From Parcubacteria group bacterium RIFCSPLOWO2_01_FULL_48_18 (GTDB lineage: Bacteria > Patescibacteriota > Minisyncoccia > UBA6257 > WO2-01-48-18), in the NCBI GenBank assembly GCA_001824435.1, contig MHXH01000026.1:1-55774 (forward strand): a stretch of 55,774 bases of DNA, read 5' to 3'. Under the pieces are notes generated by a model. That model saw nothing but the letters and a program-made list of their open reading frames with translations. It was not told where the DNA came from and did no database searches. Shown here piece by piece: positions 20,035-29,860 of this stretch (position 1 is its first letter; each line of letters starts with the position of its first letter). The position numbers and the translations under genes were made by a program.

Positions 20035-21153
20035 TCACTGCGGGGCAAATATCGGAAATTTGATTGGAGAAAATCCTTTGAGCAGCGGCCTTGCGTCCGG
20101 CTGGGATGTTCCTATAAATACCACCCTTCCTCCATCATATCCCTTTATCAAGCTGATTTTACGTCCTTGTACCGGCGTGAGGATTGCCCAGCTCGATCCG
20201 CCGTCTTTGCTCTTATACAGCACATTGTTCTTGGCCGCGTAGATTATTCCGGCGTCGGTTACGAACACGGACGAAATAGAGCTGTTTTGCGGTACCACGG
20301 TATTGAGCACGGTCCACGTCTTTCCGTAATTAGTAGTTTTAAACAAGCCGTATGCAGAAGCGGCATACAGCGCTCCTGCAACATGGTCCTGGCTTCCGAA
20401 ATCATTGATACTTAGCGCACCCGCAAGATTTTTCATGTCCTCCCCGCTAAGCGGTTCCCACGATGCTCCTCCGTTAAGACTCGCAAAAACGCCCTCCGAC
20501 TTTGTTGCCGCATATAATGCTCCGTTGCTCTTTATCACCAAATCGGTTATGGGATCTCCCAATGCTCCCAGACCTCGATACGTACCTTCGGAAATCTGGT
20601 ATCTCAATATTTCTCCATTGCTCATGCCGAGATACAGATAATCTCCGCGAAGTTCCGCATCGTAAACGGCAATACCCTCGGAAGATTCGTATATCTTTTC
20701 AAGCGTAGAGAGGCCGTCCGGGGAAGAATACAAATACGCGTTTCCATTCTTCAAGAAAGAAAAATATACAACGCCGGGTTTCTGGGGATCGGCTACGAAC
20801 CGATATACGGTAATCGGCTCCTCCAGGATGCCGTCCGCGTCAAAAGCGCGATACCACCTCTTTCCGCCGTCATCGCTCACGAAGACGCCGCCATCCGTGG
20901 CAAGGTATGCCCTATTATCAATCGGGGAAAAATCGACGTCAAAAACATTCGCCTGCGCATCAATATCTCCTGCCTGAAACTGCGCTCCGCCGTCATAAGA
21001 AACGTATACGACGCCCGCCTCCAGTGCCTCGCCGCCGGATTCTCCCCGATAACCTTCATCAACCGACGCTTCGATGCCCAATATCGAAGGCAAAAAATAA
21101 AGCAGCGTCCCCACGGCGATAATGCAAACAAGAAAAAGAATTGATTTTGACAT
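20035..21153 (-). CDS. Membrane-anchored Asp-box/YCF48-like beta-propeller protein
   Basis: N-terminal TM; repeated SxDGGxxW motifs. Confidence 0.8.
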   Translation of the reverse strand: MSKSILFLVCIIAVGTLLYFLPSILGIEASVDEGYRGESGGEALEAGVVYVSYDGGAQFQAGDIDAQANVFDVDFSPIDNRAYLATDGGVFVSDDGGKRWYRAFDADGILEEPITVYRFVADPQKPGVVYFSFLKNGNAYLYSSPDGLSTLEKIYESSEGIAVYDAELRGDYLYLGMSNGEILRYQISEGTYRGLGALGDPITDLVIKSNGALYAATKSEGVFASLNGGASWEPLSGEDMKNLAGALSINDFGSQDHVAGALYAASAYGLFKTTNYGKTWTVLNTVVPQNSSISSVFVTDAGIIYAAKNNVLYKSKDGGSSWAILTPVQGRKISLIKGYDGGRVVFIGTSQPDARPLLKGFSPIKFPIFAPQ

Positions 21154-21156
21154 GGT

Positions 21157-22020
21157 TTAAGACTTAACGCTCGCGACTGTGTTCGCCAAAGCTTCCATTT
21201 GAAGCCTCTTATTCGTATTGAGCGCATTGACCGCCCACATGCGCTTTGACAATTCTTTCATTGCGGCAATATACGACTCCGGCTCTTCCATGGGGCGACG
21301 AGCACGAAAGAGCAAAAACGATTCAAAAAACTTTTCCATATCCGCTTCGCCATTCAACGATGAAATTTCCTCATATGCATCCGCGAGGTTCAATCTCCCC
21401 AGCGTATCCGCTCGAATCCTTCTCTCTTTAAGCGCAACGGGGTTTTGGACAAGCTCTAACGCTCCGTACGGAGAACCAAGAGAAAGCTCGATCGCCTCGC
21501 GCGCGAGCTTGCGGTCGACGCCGAAACGATCCTGCAACCATCGTTCGATTTCATCCGCCGGGGGCCGCCTAAAATAAACCCGCATGAAGCGCGAAAGAAC
21601 AGTCGGCATCAACATATCGGGGCGAGAGCTTACCAAAATAAACAAACTGCTTGCCAGAGCATCTTCGGTAATTTTCAGCATTGCCTGTTGGGCCTCGACA
21701 GTAAGAAAGTCGGCATTGTTTATAATAACCGTGCGGCGCCGCGAAACGATAGGCTTTATCGCAACAAAACGCTTCACAGCCCGTATGTCGTCGATGCCAA
21801 CGGACGGCTGATCAATAATCGTCGCATCGACAAGGAAGGAAGGCCCCTCAGCCTCAAGCGCTTGATCGAGAGGCCGATTATCTTCGAAGACATGCGAAAG
21901 AGAGCGCGCAAAAGCGAATTTTCCAATACCCTTACGGCCGAAAAAAAGATAGCCGTGCGAAAGGCGATCTTCGTCAATTAATTTTTGGAAGTAAGAAATG
22001 AGATGGGGATTGCCTACCAA
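21157..22020 (-). CDS. holB: DNA polymerase III delta-prime subunit
   Basis: SHGYLFFGRKGIGK, IDDIR, AQQAMLKITED, PTVLSR. Confidence 0.85.
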   Translation of the reverse strand: MVGNPHLISYFQKLIDEDRLSHGYLFFGRKGIGKFAFARSLSHVFEDNRPLDQALEAEGPSFLVDATIIDQPSVGIDDIRAVKRFVAIKPIVSRRRTVIINNADFLTVEAQQAMLKITEDALASSLFILVSSRPDMLMPTVLSRFMRVYFRRPPADEIERWLQDRFGVDRKLAREAIELSLGSPYGALELVQNPVALKERRIRADTLGRLNLADAYEEISSLNGEADMEKFFESFLLFRARRPMEEPESYIAAMKELSKRMWAVNALNTNKRLQMEALANTVASVKS

Positions 22021-22102
22021 CGAGCAATGGAATTTGGAATTTTGAATTCGGAATTTGGAAAAATTATTCTAAATTCTAAGTTCCAGATTCTAGATTCTAG
22101 AT
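22021..22102. repeat. Inverted heptamer array (GGAATTT repeats facing TTCTARA repeats)
   Basis: Fills the mreB-holB spacer; related arrays at 19999-20034, 23111-23201 and 24483-24565. Confidence 0.75.
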
Positions 22103-23110
22103 TCATCTTTTGAATATGAGCGCCCGTTTATACAAATCAAGATGATCCAACATAACTCCGGCTCCTTTCGCGACGCAAAAGAGCGGCTCTTCCGCAATAT
22201 ACGTTGATACTCCAAGGGCGTGTTTAAAATACTCGTCGATCCCTCGGAGCATCGCGCCTCCTCCCGAAACAATAATTCCTTTCTCCATGACATCGGCAGC
22301 GAGTTCCGGGGGCGTATTATGAAACACCGATTTGATGGTGCTGACAATCTCTGAAAGATTGTATGCAAGCGCTTCGGCAATCTCATTGGAATTAATAGTG
22401 ATATTCTTCGGCAGATTGGTAACTAAGTCGCGGCCGCGGAGTTCAAATTCGAGCCTGGATTTCATCGGCAATGCAGAGCCGATCTCCCACTTCACGATTT
22501 CCGCCGTTTGCTCGCCAATAGCAAGCGCATATTTCTTTTTGACGTAGTCGATAATCGCCTGATCGAATTTATCTCCTGCGACGCGCAGCGACGCCCACGC
22601 CACAATGCCTCCCAATGAAATGACCGCCACCTCGGAGGTTCCTCCTCCGATATTGACAATCATGTTCCCCGAAGGGGTATTAATCGGGATGCCCGCTCCC
22701 AGCGCCGCCAAAATGGGTTCTTTAACGACATAGGCATTCTTCACCCTCGCTTCATAGGCGGCATTGAGCACGGCCCGTCTTTCCGTAGAAGTAATGCCAG
22801 CCGGCACGGAAATAACAACATCCGGCTTGAACACGCGAAACCTGCCAAGAGCTTTATCGATAAAATACCTCAGCATTGCCGCGGTAATATAATAATCAGC
22901 AATCACCCCTTCTTTTAAGGGACGGTGAGCGACAATGTCTTCCGGTGTCCGTCCGATCATTTCTTTGGCGCTTCTTCCTACCGCAACCACGCGATTATCA
23001 TTTAAATTGATTGCGACAATGGACGGCTCGTTAATAAGCAAGCCACGTTTCGGCACAAATACCAGCGTATTCGCAGTACCAAGATCAATGCCTATTTTTT
23101 TGATAAACAA
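22103..23110 (-). CDS. mreB: MreB/Mbl paralogue
   Basis: GIDLGTANT, RPLKEGVIAD, IGGGTSE; second copy in this window. Confidence 0.95.
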   Translation of the reverse strand: MFIKKIGIDLGTANTLVFVPKRGLLINEPSIVAINLNDNRVVAVGRSAKEMIGRTPEDIVAHRPLKEGVIADYYITAAMLRYFIDKALGRFRVFKPDVVISVPAGITSTERRAVLNAAYEARVKNAYVVKEPILAALGAGIPINTPSGNMIVNIGGGTSEVAVISLGGIVAWASLRVAGDKFDQAIIDYVKKKYALAIGEQTAEIVKWEIGSALPMKSRLEFELRGRDLVTNLPKNITINSNEIAEALAYNLSEIVSTIKSVFHNTPPELAADVMEKGIIVSGGGAMLRGIDEYFKHALGVSTYIAEEPLFCVAKGAGVMLDHLDLYKRALIFKR

Positions 23111-23201
23111 CGCTGGAGAAAAGTTAGAAATTAGAACATAGAATTTAGGGAAAATTTAATACTGACCCCCCCCCTAAATCCTAAATCCTAGATTCTAAAT
23201 T

Positions 23202-24482
23202 CTAGATTCTTTTAATATCGGCGCCTAGTTTTTGCAGCGCCTCGTCCAATCGCTCGTATCCTCTGTCAATCTGTTCTATGCCTTGAATAACCGATTTCCC
23301 GCTGGCAATGAGCGCGGCGATCACAAGCGTAGCGCCCGCGCGAATATCCAAGCTTCGTATTTCTATTCCGGAGAGGGGCGTCTTGCCGGTAATACTGGCA
23401 CGATGGGAATCTAACACTCGCGCTCGCGCTCCCATCTTTTTCAACTCATCGATATATTGTAACCTATTTTCAAACAACGTGTCAAAAATAAGGCTTTCCC
23501 CTTGTGCCTGCGTCGCAAGCACGCCAAACGGGGCCTGAAGATCCGTAGGAAATCCTGGATACGGAAGCGTTTGGATGTTTGCTCCCTTCAGCGTTCTGGC
23601 CGCGCCGACAATAAGCTCTCTGCCGCGGCACTCAAATCGGACGCCAAACTCTTTCAGTTTTTGGAGCGTCGCGATAAGATGATCGCACTGCGCGTCGTGG
23701 ATAATCAGTTTTTTCGCGGCCAAGGCTCCCACTACCAAAAATGTTCCAACCGCCAAGTAATCAGAAATAATACGGTGAACGATAGGGGCCAGAACGCCTT
23801 TTCTGCCGACGGCACGCTTTTTACCTTTTATAACAAGACTGTGGGTTCCGAGCCCTGATATTTCGACGCCGATTTTTTTTAGGAACAGACCAAGATCCTG
23901 CACGTGCGGCTCGGCAGCCGCCAAATGGATTTTTGTAGCTTGCGGCGTCAAGGAAAAAAACATCACCATATTCTCGGTCGCGGTCACGCTCAATTCCTTG
24001 AGTACAATCTCCCGCAACGGCTTTCCCGTTATCTTGAAATGATAACGACCCCTCCTACCGTCATACTCAACAGAAACGCCGGCGTCCCGAAATGCATTGA
24101 GGTGCGCATCAAGCGGCCGAGCGCCAATTTTATCTCCACCCGGGAAGCTGACGCTCACTTCATCGCCGCGAGCCAAAAGGGGACCGATCAGCAAGATAGA
24201 GGCGCGAATCCGAGACGCCAGCTGACCGTTAAGTTTTACCGGATCAATCTCGTCATTTACGATCTCAATGGTATGTTCATCGAGCCAGCGCTGGCGAGAG
24301 CCCATCTGCCTCAAAATTTGGAGCATTACTAAAACATCCCCGATTCGGGGAACATTCTGCAATATACACGAACGGTCTGTCAGGAGGGTCGCCGCGATAA
24401 TCGGAAGCGCGGCGTTCTTAGAGCCCTGAACCGTAACTTCACCCTCCAGTTTTCTGCCGCCATTAATAATAAACGACTGCAA
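23202..24482 (-). CDS. murA: UDP-N-acetylglucosamine 1-carboxyvinyltransferase (Asp at the Cys115 position)
   Basis: GSKNAALPI, RAS, PGGDKIGARP, SVTATEN, PYPGFPTDLQ, DIRAG, IDRGYE. Confidence 0.97.
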   Translation of the reverse strand: MQSFIINGGRKLEGEVTVQGSKNAALPIIAATLLTDRSCILQNVPRIGDVLVMLQILRQMGSRQRWLDEHTIEIVNDEIDPVKLNGQLASRIRASILLIGPLLARGDEVSVSFPGGDKIGARPLDAHLNAFRDAGVSVEYDGRRGRYHFKITGKPLREIVLKELSVTATENMVMFFSLTPQATKIHLAAAEPHVQDLGLFLKKIGVEISGLGTHSLVIKGKKRAVGRKGVLAPIVHRIISDYLAVGTFLVVGALAAKKLIIHDAQCDHLIATLQKLKEFGVRFECRGRELIVGAARTLKGANIQTLPYPGFPTDLQAPFGVLATQAQGESLIFDTLFENRLQYIDELKKMGARARVLDSHRASITGKTPLSGIEIRSLDIRAGATLVIAALIASGKSVIQGIEQIDRGYERLDEALQKLGADIKRI

Positions 24483-24565
24483 AACAATTTAGGATTTAGG
24501 ATTTAGGATTTAGGATTTAGGATTCTTGTTCTTCCTAAGTTCTATATTCTAATTTCTAATCCCTT
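24483..24565. repeat. Heptamer array (TTTAGGA x5) with a degenerate inverted arm
   Basis: Read directly from the sequence upstream of murA. Confidence 0.85.
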
Positions 24566-24738
24566 CATTCATTTATTGTACTATCAAATTAAACTTATCA
24601 CTTTTTCAGACAAAAAGAAGGGGCATCACTAAACGAAGTCGTGGTCAGCTAAAAAACCGCCTTGCGGACGGCCATGATTTTGCTTCAAGATATACTCTGT
24701 ATACTCTGCTGTCAAATTTCGTTTCGTGCGTGTGTGTG

Positions 24739-24767
24739 TTGACTTTTTGCTATTTTCACGCTATAAA
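24739..24767 (+). promoter_or_regulatory. Sigma70-like promoter TTGACT-17-TATAAA
   Basis: Correct spacing; upstream of the first island gene. Confidence 0.6.
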
Positions 24768-24808
24768 TGAGCAGGTTACTCGATAACTACATAACACGGA
24801 GAACCGGC

Positions 24809-25489
24809 ATGCCTTGCAACATCGGCTACAAAAGCTACGCGACCATCAAGATCCCCGCGCCCGAACCCCAAACGTTTACGAATAATGCCATGGCGCCCGA
24901 TATCGATGCAGACCTTCTTGAAAAACTCGGCCAGGAAGATACTCAATTCCTGGAGTGGGCACAAGAACTTAACACGAAGCCCCTCCTCGAAGAAGCGCTC
25001 AAGCGCGCGCTGGCAAAAGTGAACACCGGAGGCCTCGTCTTTATAGTAAGCTACGCCGGCGAGCTTGAAGCAAAAGGCTCGTTCACGAGCGCTACCGAAA
25101 AGAACCGCCTCTCGGCCGCAGCCGCCGAAGTTTCGGCACGCTGGCAATTCGAAATCCTCGGCATCGTCGCCGAACTTCTAAACTACACGGTACGCATCAC
25201 CCACAAGGGCGGCGAGTTTATCCTTGAAGCCGAAGAAGAAGACAAGACACACCCGTGCGACTACATCAAGGTTAGCAAGAAGGGCGGCGACGCGACCATC
25301 GTATTCGAACACTTCAAGTCGCGCGACGCCCTCAAGCTTGAAACGGCCAAAGTGCTCGTGCTTGCGCATAAGCTTGGCATCAAAATAGCGCTCGGGAAGT
25401 CCGAGGTGACCGAAGGCGATCCACTTCCCAACGAAAATCGCTTGCGGCATCGCCACGATCACGGACACTCCCCTGACCACAGCCACTAA
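24809..25489 (+). CDS. Hypothetical AAA-ATPase partner (226 aa, His-rich C-terminus); possible DUF1257/DUF2997-like fusion
   Basis: GGAG RBS before MPCNIGYK. The track's ATG at 24767 overlaps the -10 box. Family resemblance is by eye only. Confidence 0.75.
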   Translation: MPCNIGYKSYATIKIPAPEPQTFTNNAMAPDIDADLLEKLGQEDTQFLEWAQELNTKPLLEEALKRALAKVNTGGLVFIVSYAGELEAKGSFTSATEKNRLSAAAAEVSARWQFEILGIVAELLNYTVRITHKGGEFILEAEEEDKTHPCDYIKVSKKGGDATIVFEHFKSRDALKLETAKVLVLAHKLGIKIALGKSEVTEGDPLPNENRLRHRHDHGHSPDHSH

Positions 25490-25517
25490 CCCGAAGGCCG
25501 GCAAAAAGGAGGCTGCG

Positions 25518-27500
25518 GTGAAAACGGAAACCGAATACGCTGAAACAGAAAACGTTTTACCAAGCTGGCTGACGGAAGGCATCGTAAGCCGCAAAGAGGC
25601 AGGTATTTCTTCCGTGTTCATTCTTCACGGAGACATCACCTGTCTTGTGCCCAACCCTTACGGAGACGCAGAGAAAGAATTTCCATATCTGCCCCTCCAT
25701 GAACTGTTCGCCCGAACGTGGGACGAACGAGCGATGGTGATTTTTTATAACATCGCCTCCGGCCTGCGCTTTCTCACTCCCGAAATGGAAAAAGTTTTTC
25801 GTAAGGTGACAGAACCGGAGAAAGACAGCGACGCGGATTCTAAAGACCCTGTAGCAGCTGCGAAGGCTGGACTGGCCGCAAAACGGGCTTTGCCGCGGGA
25901 ACCCGAACTATGCCTGCCGCTCATTGAGAAAGTCTTGAAGAACATGAAGGATGTCGCCATCGTTGTAGAATCAGCGCACTTCATCGTTCCGGAATCGACC
26001 GGTCCGGCGCTTTCGCCGAACGAACGTACGCACATCCAACGTTTCCGGAACTGGGCGCACGAAAGCGGTATGAAAAGGCGGAACAATATCGTTCTTCTGT
26101 TCACCGATCTCGCTGCGAAGATCTCGGGAGAGCTGCGACAGTCTTCAAGTCGCATTTCGATCGTTTTCATTCCAAAACCGTCGCCGGAGGAACGCAAAAA
26201 ATACCTCCTGCGGCTTACCAAGGGATCGGATGCGCGGTCTGAAATCGTCGAGAAGATCGGCGAGCTGAAAAAAAAGCTCAAACGCGCCAAGGGCGAACCG
26301 AAGTCTGATCTTGAAGCCGAAATTTCGGCCCTCGAAAAAAACCTGGATGATTTTCCATCGGTCTTTCCGGTGCCGGACGATTTTGACACCGACGCGTTCG
26401 TCAACGCCACGCAAGGCATGAGCTTGCGCCAGATTCTTGAAATTTTCCGGCTCAATAAACAGACGGGGTGCCCGATCGACCTTTCATTCGTGCGGGAAAA
26501 AAAGAAGGAAGTCCTCAACAACGAATATGGTTCGGTCATGGAAATCACCGATCCGCAGTGGAGCCTCGAAGAAATCGGTGGGCTCGTTACGCAAAAAGCC
26601 CACTTCGAGCGGATACTCGATGCGATCCGGCGGGGAGAGGCCCGTAACATCCCGCAAGGCATTACGATCATGGGTCCGCCGGGAACCGGCAAAACGGCGC
26701 TCGTTGAAGCTCTTGCGAAGGGCGCGCGCTTCAATTTCGTCAAAATGAAAAACGCCCGCTCCATGTGGGTAGGCGAATCCGAACAGCGAACGGAGTTGCA
26801 GATCCAGGGGCTCTGGGCGCTCGCCCCGGTCATCGTCATGAACGACGAAGCGGACCTCGGCGAGGCGAATCGCGATGCCCCGAAAGGCGATTCAGGAGTT
26901 TCCGAACGCATCATGCAAACCTGGATGCGATTCCTCTCTGATCCCCGTATCCGCGGCAGAGTCCTGATGATAAACTGCACCAACCGCCCTGACCGCATGG
27001 ATGCGGCCATGAAACGATCCGGCAGAAGCGATGATCGCATTGCAATCCTCATGCCCTCGGTCAACGAACTTGAAGCGATTTTCCAAGTGATGTTCAAACG
27101 ATACAAAATCCCGATGTCGATTTCTAACTTTCGTCCGTTCGCTCAAATGACGCTTGGATTTTCGGGAGCAGACGTCGAGGCCATCACGCTCAAATCGTTT
27201 CGATTTGCAGGCGAGCAGGACAAAAAGAAGGTCGATGAGACCGCCCTACACGAAGCCATCGAAGATTTCATTCCTTCGGCGAGCCAGTCGGAAATCGACC
27301 TGATGACGCTACTCGCAATCTCCGAATCGTCCTCACGCAGACTCCTACCGGTAAACACGCGCGAGATCGTTCAGGCGATTAAAATCCGCAACCTTGTTCC
27401 CGGCGGGCCGGAGCTGATAGCGCAGATAGAAGCCCGCAATATCGTCAAACTCGAAGACCCTCTACCGGTTCCGTCTGTATCTCCGAAAATGCTGAAGTAA
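25518..27500 (+). CDS. AAA+ ATPase with a degenerate N-terminal ATPase-like domain
   Basis: AAGGAGG RBS; Walker A GPPGTGKT, Walker B VIVMNDEAD, pore loop MWVGESE, SRH TNRPDRMDAAMKRSGR. Confidence 0.92.
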   Translation: MKTETEYAETENVLPSWLTEGIVSRKEAGISSVFILHGDITCLVPNPYGDAEKEFPYLPLHELFARTWDERAMVIFYNIASGLRFLTPEMEKVFRKVTEPEKDSDADSKDPVAAAKAGLAAKRALPREPELCLPLIEKVLKNMKDVAIVVESAHFIVPESTGPALSPNERTHIQRFRNWAHESGMKRRNNIVLLFTDLAAKISGELRQSSSRISIVFIPKPSPEERKKYLLRLTKGSDARSEIVEKIGELKKKLKRAKGEPKSDLEAEISALEKNLDDFPSVFPVPDDFDTDAFVNATQGMSLRQILEIFRLNKQTGCPIDLSFVREKKKEVLNNEYGSVMEITDPQWSLEEIGGLVTQKAHFERILDAIRRGEARNIPQGITIMGPPGTGKTALVEALAKGARFNFVKMKNARSMWVGESEQRTELQIQGLWALAPVIVMNDEADLGEANRDAPKGDSGVSERIMQTWMRFLSDPRIRGRVLMINCTNRPDRMDAAMKRSGRSDDRIAILMPSVNELEAIFQVMFKRYKIPMSISNFRPFAQMTLGFSGADVEAITLKSFRFAGEQDKKKVDETALHEAIEDFIPSASQSEIDLMTLLAISESSSRRLLPVNTREIVQAIKIRNLVPGGPELIAQIEARNIVKLEDPLPVPSVSPKMLK

Positions 27501-27507
27501 TTACAGA

Positions 27508-27543
27508 GCCTTGCCGCCCCCGCGCGACAAGGTTTTTTCTTTT
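27508..27543 (+). terminator. Intrinsic terminator after the ATPase
   Basis: CCTTGCCGC...GCGACAAGG followed by TTTTTTCTTTT. Confidence 0.7.
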
Positions 27544-27591
27544 GCAATCACACCGTAGGGTCCAGATACAGTTTTATTATCGAAACTCGAG

Positions 27592-27621
27592 TTGACAGAA
27601 GAATCGTGCCAATGATACCAT
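27592..27621 (+). promoter_or_regulatory. Promoter TTGACA-18-TACCAT with TGn extension
   Basis: Consensus -35 upstream of vWA gene 1. Confidence 0.55.
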
Positions 27622-27710
27622 AGAGCTGGATTGAAACCTTGAAAATAGAATGTCGCGGCCCGAACGATCTTCCGGCAACTCACCAACAACCCACACAAAA
27701 GGAGGCTGGT

Positions 27711-28736
27711 ATGGGCGGTGGCGGCGACTATTACGGTCGGGACGTAACCGACAAGAGATACCGTAGCGCGAGCGGCGCTTCGAACATGGCGGAACGGGAG
27801 CTGTCTCGAGCTTCAATCGATACATCCTTCCTGCCAAAGAATCGCAGATTGGAGTGCAATGCTCTCAATCCCCTCGTGTATGCATTCGACGAAACTGGTT
27901 CAATGGACAAACTGCCGAAGATCATCTACGACAAGTGGCCGGGCATTGTGGGCCAGATCGTGGCGCGCAAGTACTTATCCGATCCGCAGATGAGCCTTGC
28001 GGCCATTGGCGACATCACTTCCGACACGGCACCGATCCAGATCGCCCCGTTTTCGGCATTGCGCAACCTCGACCGATATTTCAGAAATATCTATTTCGAG
28101 GGTAATGGTGGCGGCCAAAGCCAAGAATCATACGAGATGATGGCGTATTACTACGCTTATCTGTGCGATATCCCGAAAGCGGAAAATCCTATCTTCCTAT
28201 TTACCGGAGACGAGGGATTCCGAGAAAAGCTTTTTGCGTATGATCTCTTCGAACATTTCGGCGGCGAGCATAAAGAAACGACGGCAAAGAAGGTTTTTGA
28301 CGACCTGCTCAAAAAGTTCAAAGGTAACGCATTCCTCATCCATCGCTACTACCCCGGTGGAAAAGACCCGTCAATCGTGCGTCAGTGGGAAGGAGCGCTT
28401 GGCAAGGAACGTATCATCCGAATGCCCGAAGGCGAGAGCGGTGATCTGGCTATCGGCGATATCACTCTCGGCGTCTACGCCATCGTTTCCGGCGGGCGCA
28501 CGCTTGAACAGTATCTCGAGGATATGCGCACCCGCCCGCTCGATCTCGGCACAGACATTGAGTACGAGCCGCAGACTCCCGCGCGCATCAGAGATGTGGC
28601 CAAGGCGCTTAAACCTCTCGAGAACTTCAGGCCCGTTAAAGCTCCGCGCCGGACCGCGAAGTCGGCCAACGGTAAGACGTCCTCCGAGAAAAAGCCGCCT
28701 GCGAAAAAAAAGGGAAAGGGTAACTTCAGATTTTAG
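27711..28736 (+). CDS. vWA (MIDAS) domain protein 1
   Basis: AAGGAGG RBS then MGGGGDYY; DETGSM, GNGGG..ESY, FLFTGDE; Lys-rich tail ending KKKGKGNFRF. Confidence 0.82.
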   Translation: MGGGGDYYGRDVTDKRYRSASGASNMAERELSRASIDTSFLPKNRRLECNALNPLVYAFDETGSMDKLPKIIYDKWPGIVGQIVARKYLSDPQMSLAAIGDITSDTAPIQIAPFSALRNLDRYFRNIYFEGNGGGQSQESYEMMAYYYAYLCDIPKAENPIFLFTGDEGFREKLFAYDLFEHFGGEHKETTAKKVFDDLLKKFKGNAFLIHRYYPGGKDPSIVRQWEGALGKERIIRMPEGESGDLAIGDITLGVYAIVSGGRTLEQYLEDMRTRPLDLGTDIEYEPQTPARIRDVAKALKPLENFRPVKAPRRTAKSANGKTSSEKKPPAKKKGKGNFRF

Positions 28737-28750
28737 TTGATTAGATTTAA

Positions 28751-28782
28751 GCCGTGAGCAGATCGCTCACGGTCTTTTATTA
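28751..28782 (+). terminator. Intrinsic terminator
   Basis: CCGTGAGC-AGATC-GCTCACGG followed by TCTTTTATT. Confidence 0.75.
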
Positions 28783-28811
28783 TTGACTATCGTGCATCCG
28801 GGTGGTACAAT
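28783..28811 (+). promoter_or_regulatory. Promoter TTGACT-17-TACAAT with TGn extension
   Basis: Near-consensus; upstream of the PK-like gene. Confidence 0.65.
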
Positions 28812-28865
28812 TGTGGTGTTCTTTAACAACAAGTCGTTAAAGCCGCAACGCGGAGAGGAAACGAC

Positions 28866-29792
28866 ATGCTCATTTTAACATTGCCGCAGGTGCATCAAAA
28901 AGACCTGCTCAAAGACATGATCGCCCACCCGCTTGTCAAAGCGGTGCGATACAACACGGGCACGAATTCAGCGTACAGTCCGCGAGAAACCCTTCGACGA
29001 ATCTCAACTCTCGCACAGCCTTTCAAAAAACCCGTATATGTTGACCTCAAAGCCAAGCAACTGCGCGTGGTCGAATGGGCAAATCTGCCCGAGGGGCCGA
29101 TCGTACTCAACCACCGTATTACCGTTACGCTCCCCGCAACAGTCTGCTTTCGGGGTGACGACCGCTCACAATTATGCGAAGTGGTCGACGGCAACCAAAT
29201 TTATGTTGACCCGCTGCCAAAGTATCCGGTGGGGCGCGGACAGGCCGTTAACATTCTCGCGCCCGATCTCAAGATCGAGGGCGGGTTGCTACCGGCTGAC
29301 CACGACTACATTGAAGCCGCGCTAGCCGAAGGCATGTCCCGGTTCATGCTTTCATTCGTCGAGAATATGGACGACGTGCGTGAACTGGAAAATGCTATCG
29401 GGCGCTATCGCAAATCACGGACAAAGACTCCATGCGAGATCGTGCTGAAAATCGAATCGCGTGCCGGGATCGACTTTGTCGCAAAAACTGAAACCAGCCT
29501 CCTGCGTCCGTACCGGCTCATGGCTGCGCGAGACGACCTGATGATCCAGATCGGCATCAACGCTATGCCAGACGCCCTCAAGATAATCATTGAAAAGGAC
29601 CGGCATGCGATCTGCGCCTCACGCCTGCTCATGGGCCTTGAAACAGGCGCGATATCGATGGCCGACGTATCTGATCTGGAGTACATGAAATCGTTATCGT
29701 ATGGGATATTCATGCTCTCCGACAGCATCTCGCGTAACCACTTCCGCCCGGCCATGGATTTCTGGCTTTCGTATACAGGCGGTACCCCGTGA
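28866..29792 (+). CDS. Pyruvate-kinase-like protein (barrel plus B domain, no C-terminal allosteric domain)
   Basis: PK motifs in order: RYN, DLKAKQLR, LSFVE, LKIES, MAARDDL, ASRLL, FMLS; 308 aa. Confidence 0.8.
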   Translation: MLILTLPQVHQKDLLKDMIAHPLVKAVRYNTGTNSAYSPRETLRRISTLAQPFKKPVYVDLKAKQLRVVEWANLPEGPIVLNHRITVTLPATVCFRGDDRSQLCEVVDGNQIYVDPLPKYPVGRGQAVNILAPDLKIEGGLLPADHDYIEAALAEGMSRFMLSFVENMDDVRELENAIGRYRKSRTKTPCEIVLKIESRAGIDFVAKTETSLLRPYRLMAARDDLMIQIGINAMPDALKIIIEKDRHAICASRLLMGLETGAISMADVSDLEYMKSLSYGIFMLSDSISRNHFRPAMDFWLSYTGGTP

Positions 29793-29860
29793 GTACTTAT
29801 GCGGGGCGTTCTCATGGACCGATTCTGTCCTGTGCATACGGGGGGACATAAGGCGTACGC

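Noticed and set aside
15099-23110. Two mreB genes as a novelty
   Set aside because: Multiple MreB paralogues are common in monoderm bacteria.
24483-24525. Telomere-like TTTAGG repeat
   Set aside because: It is internal, has unit TTTAGGA, and belongs to the heptamer spacer family seen throughout the window.
25745-27106. 453-aa antisense ORF, and similar shadow ORFs such as 33892-34719, 15375-16079 and 11748-12419
   Set aside because: They lie opposite well-supported genes and have no recognisable motifs; such ORFs are expected from codon bias.
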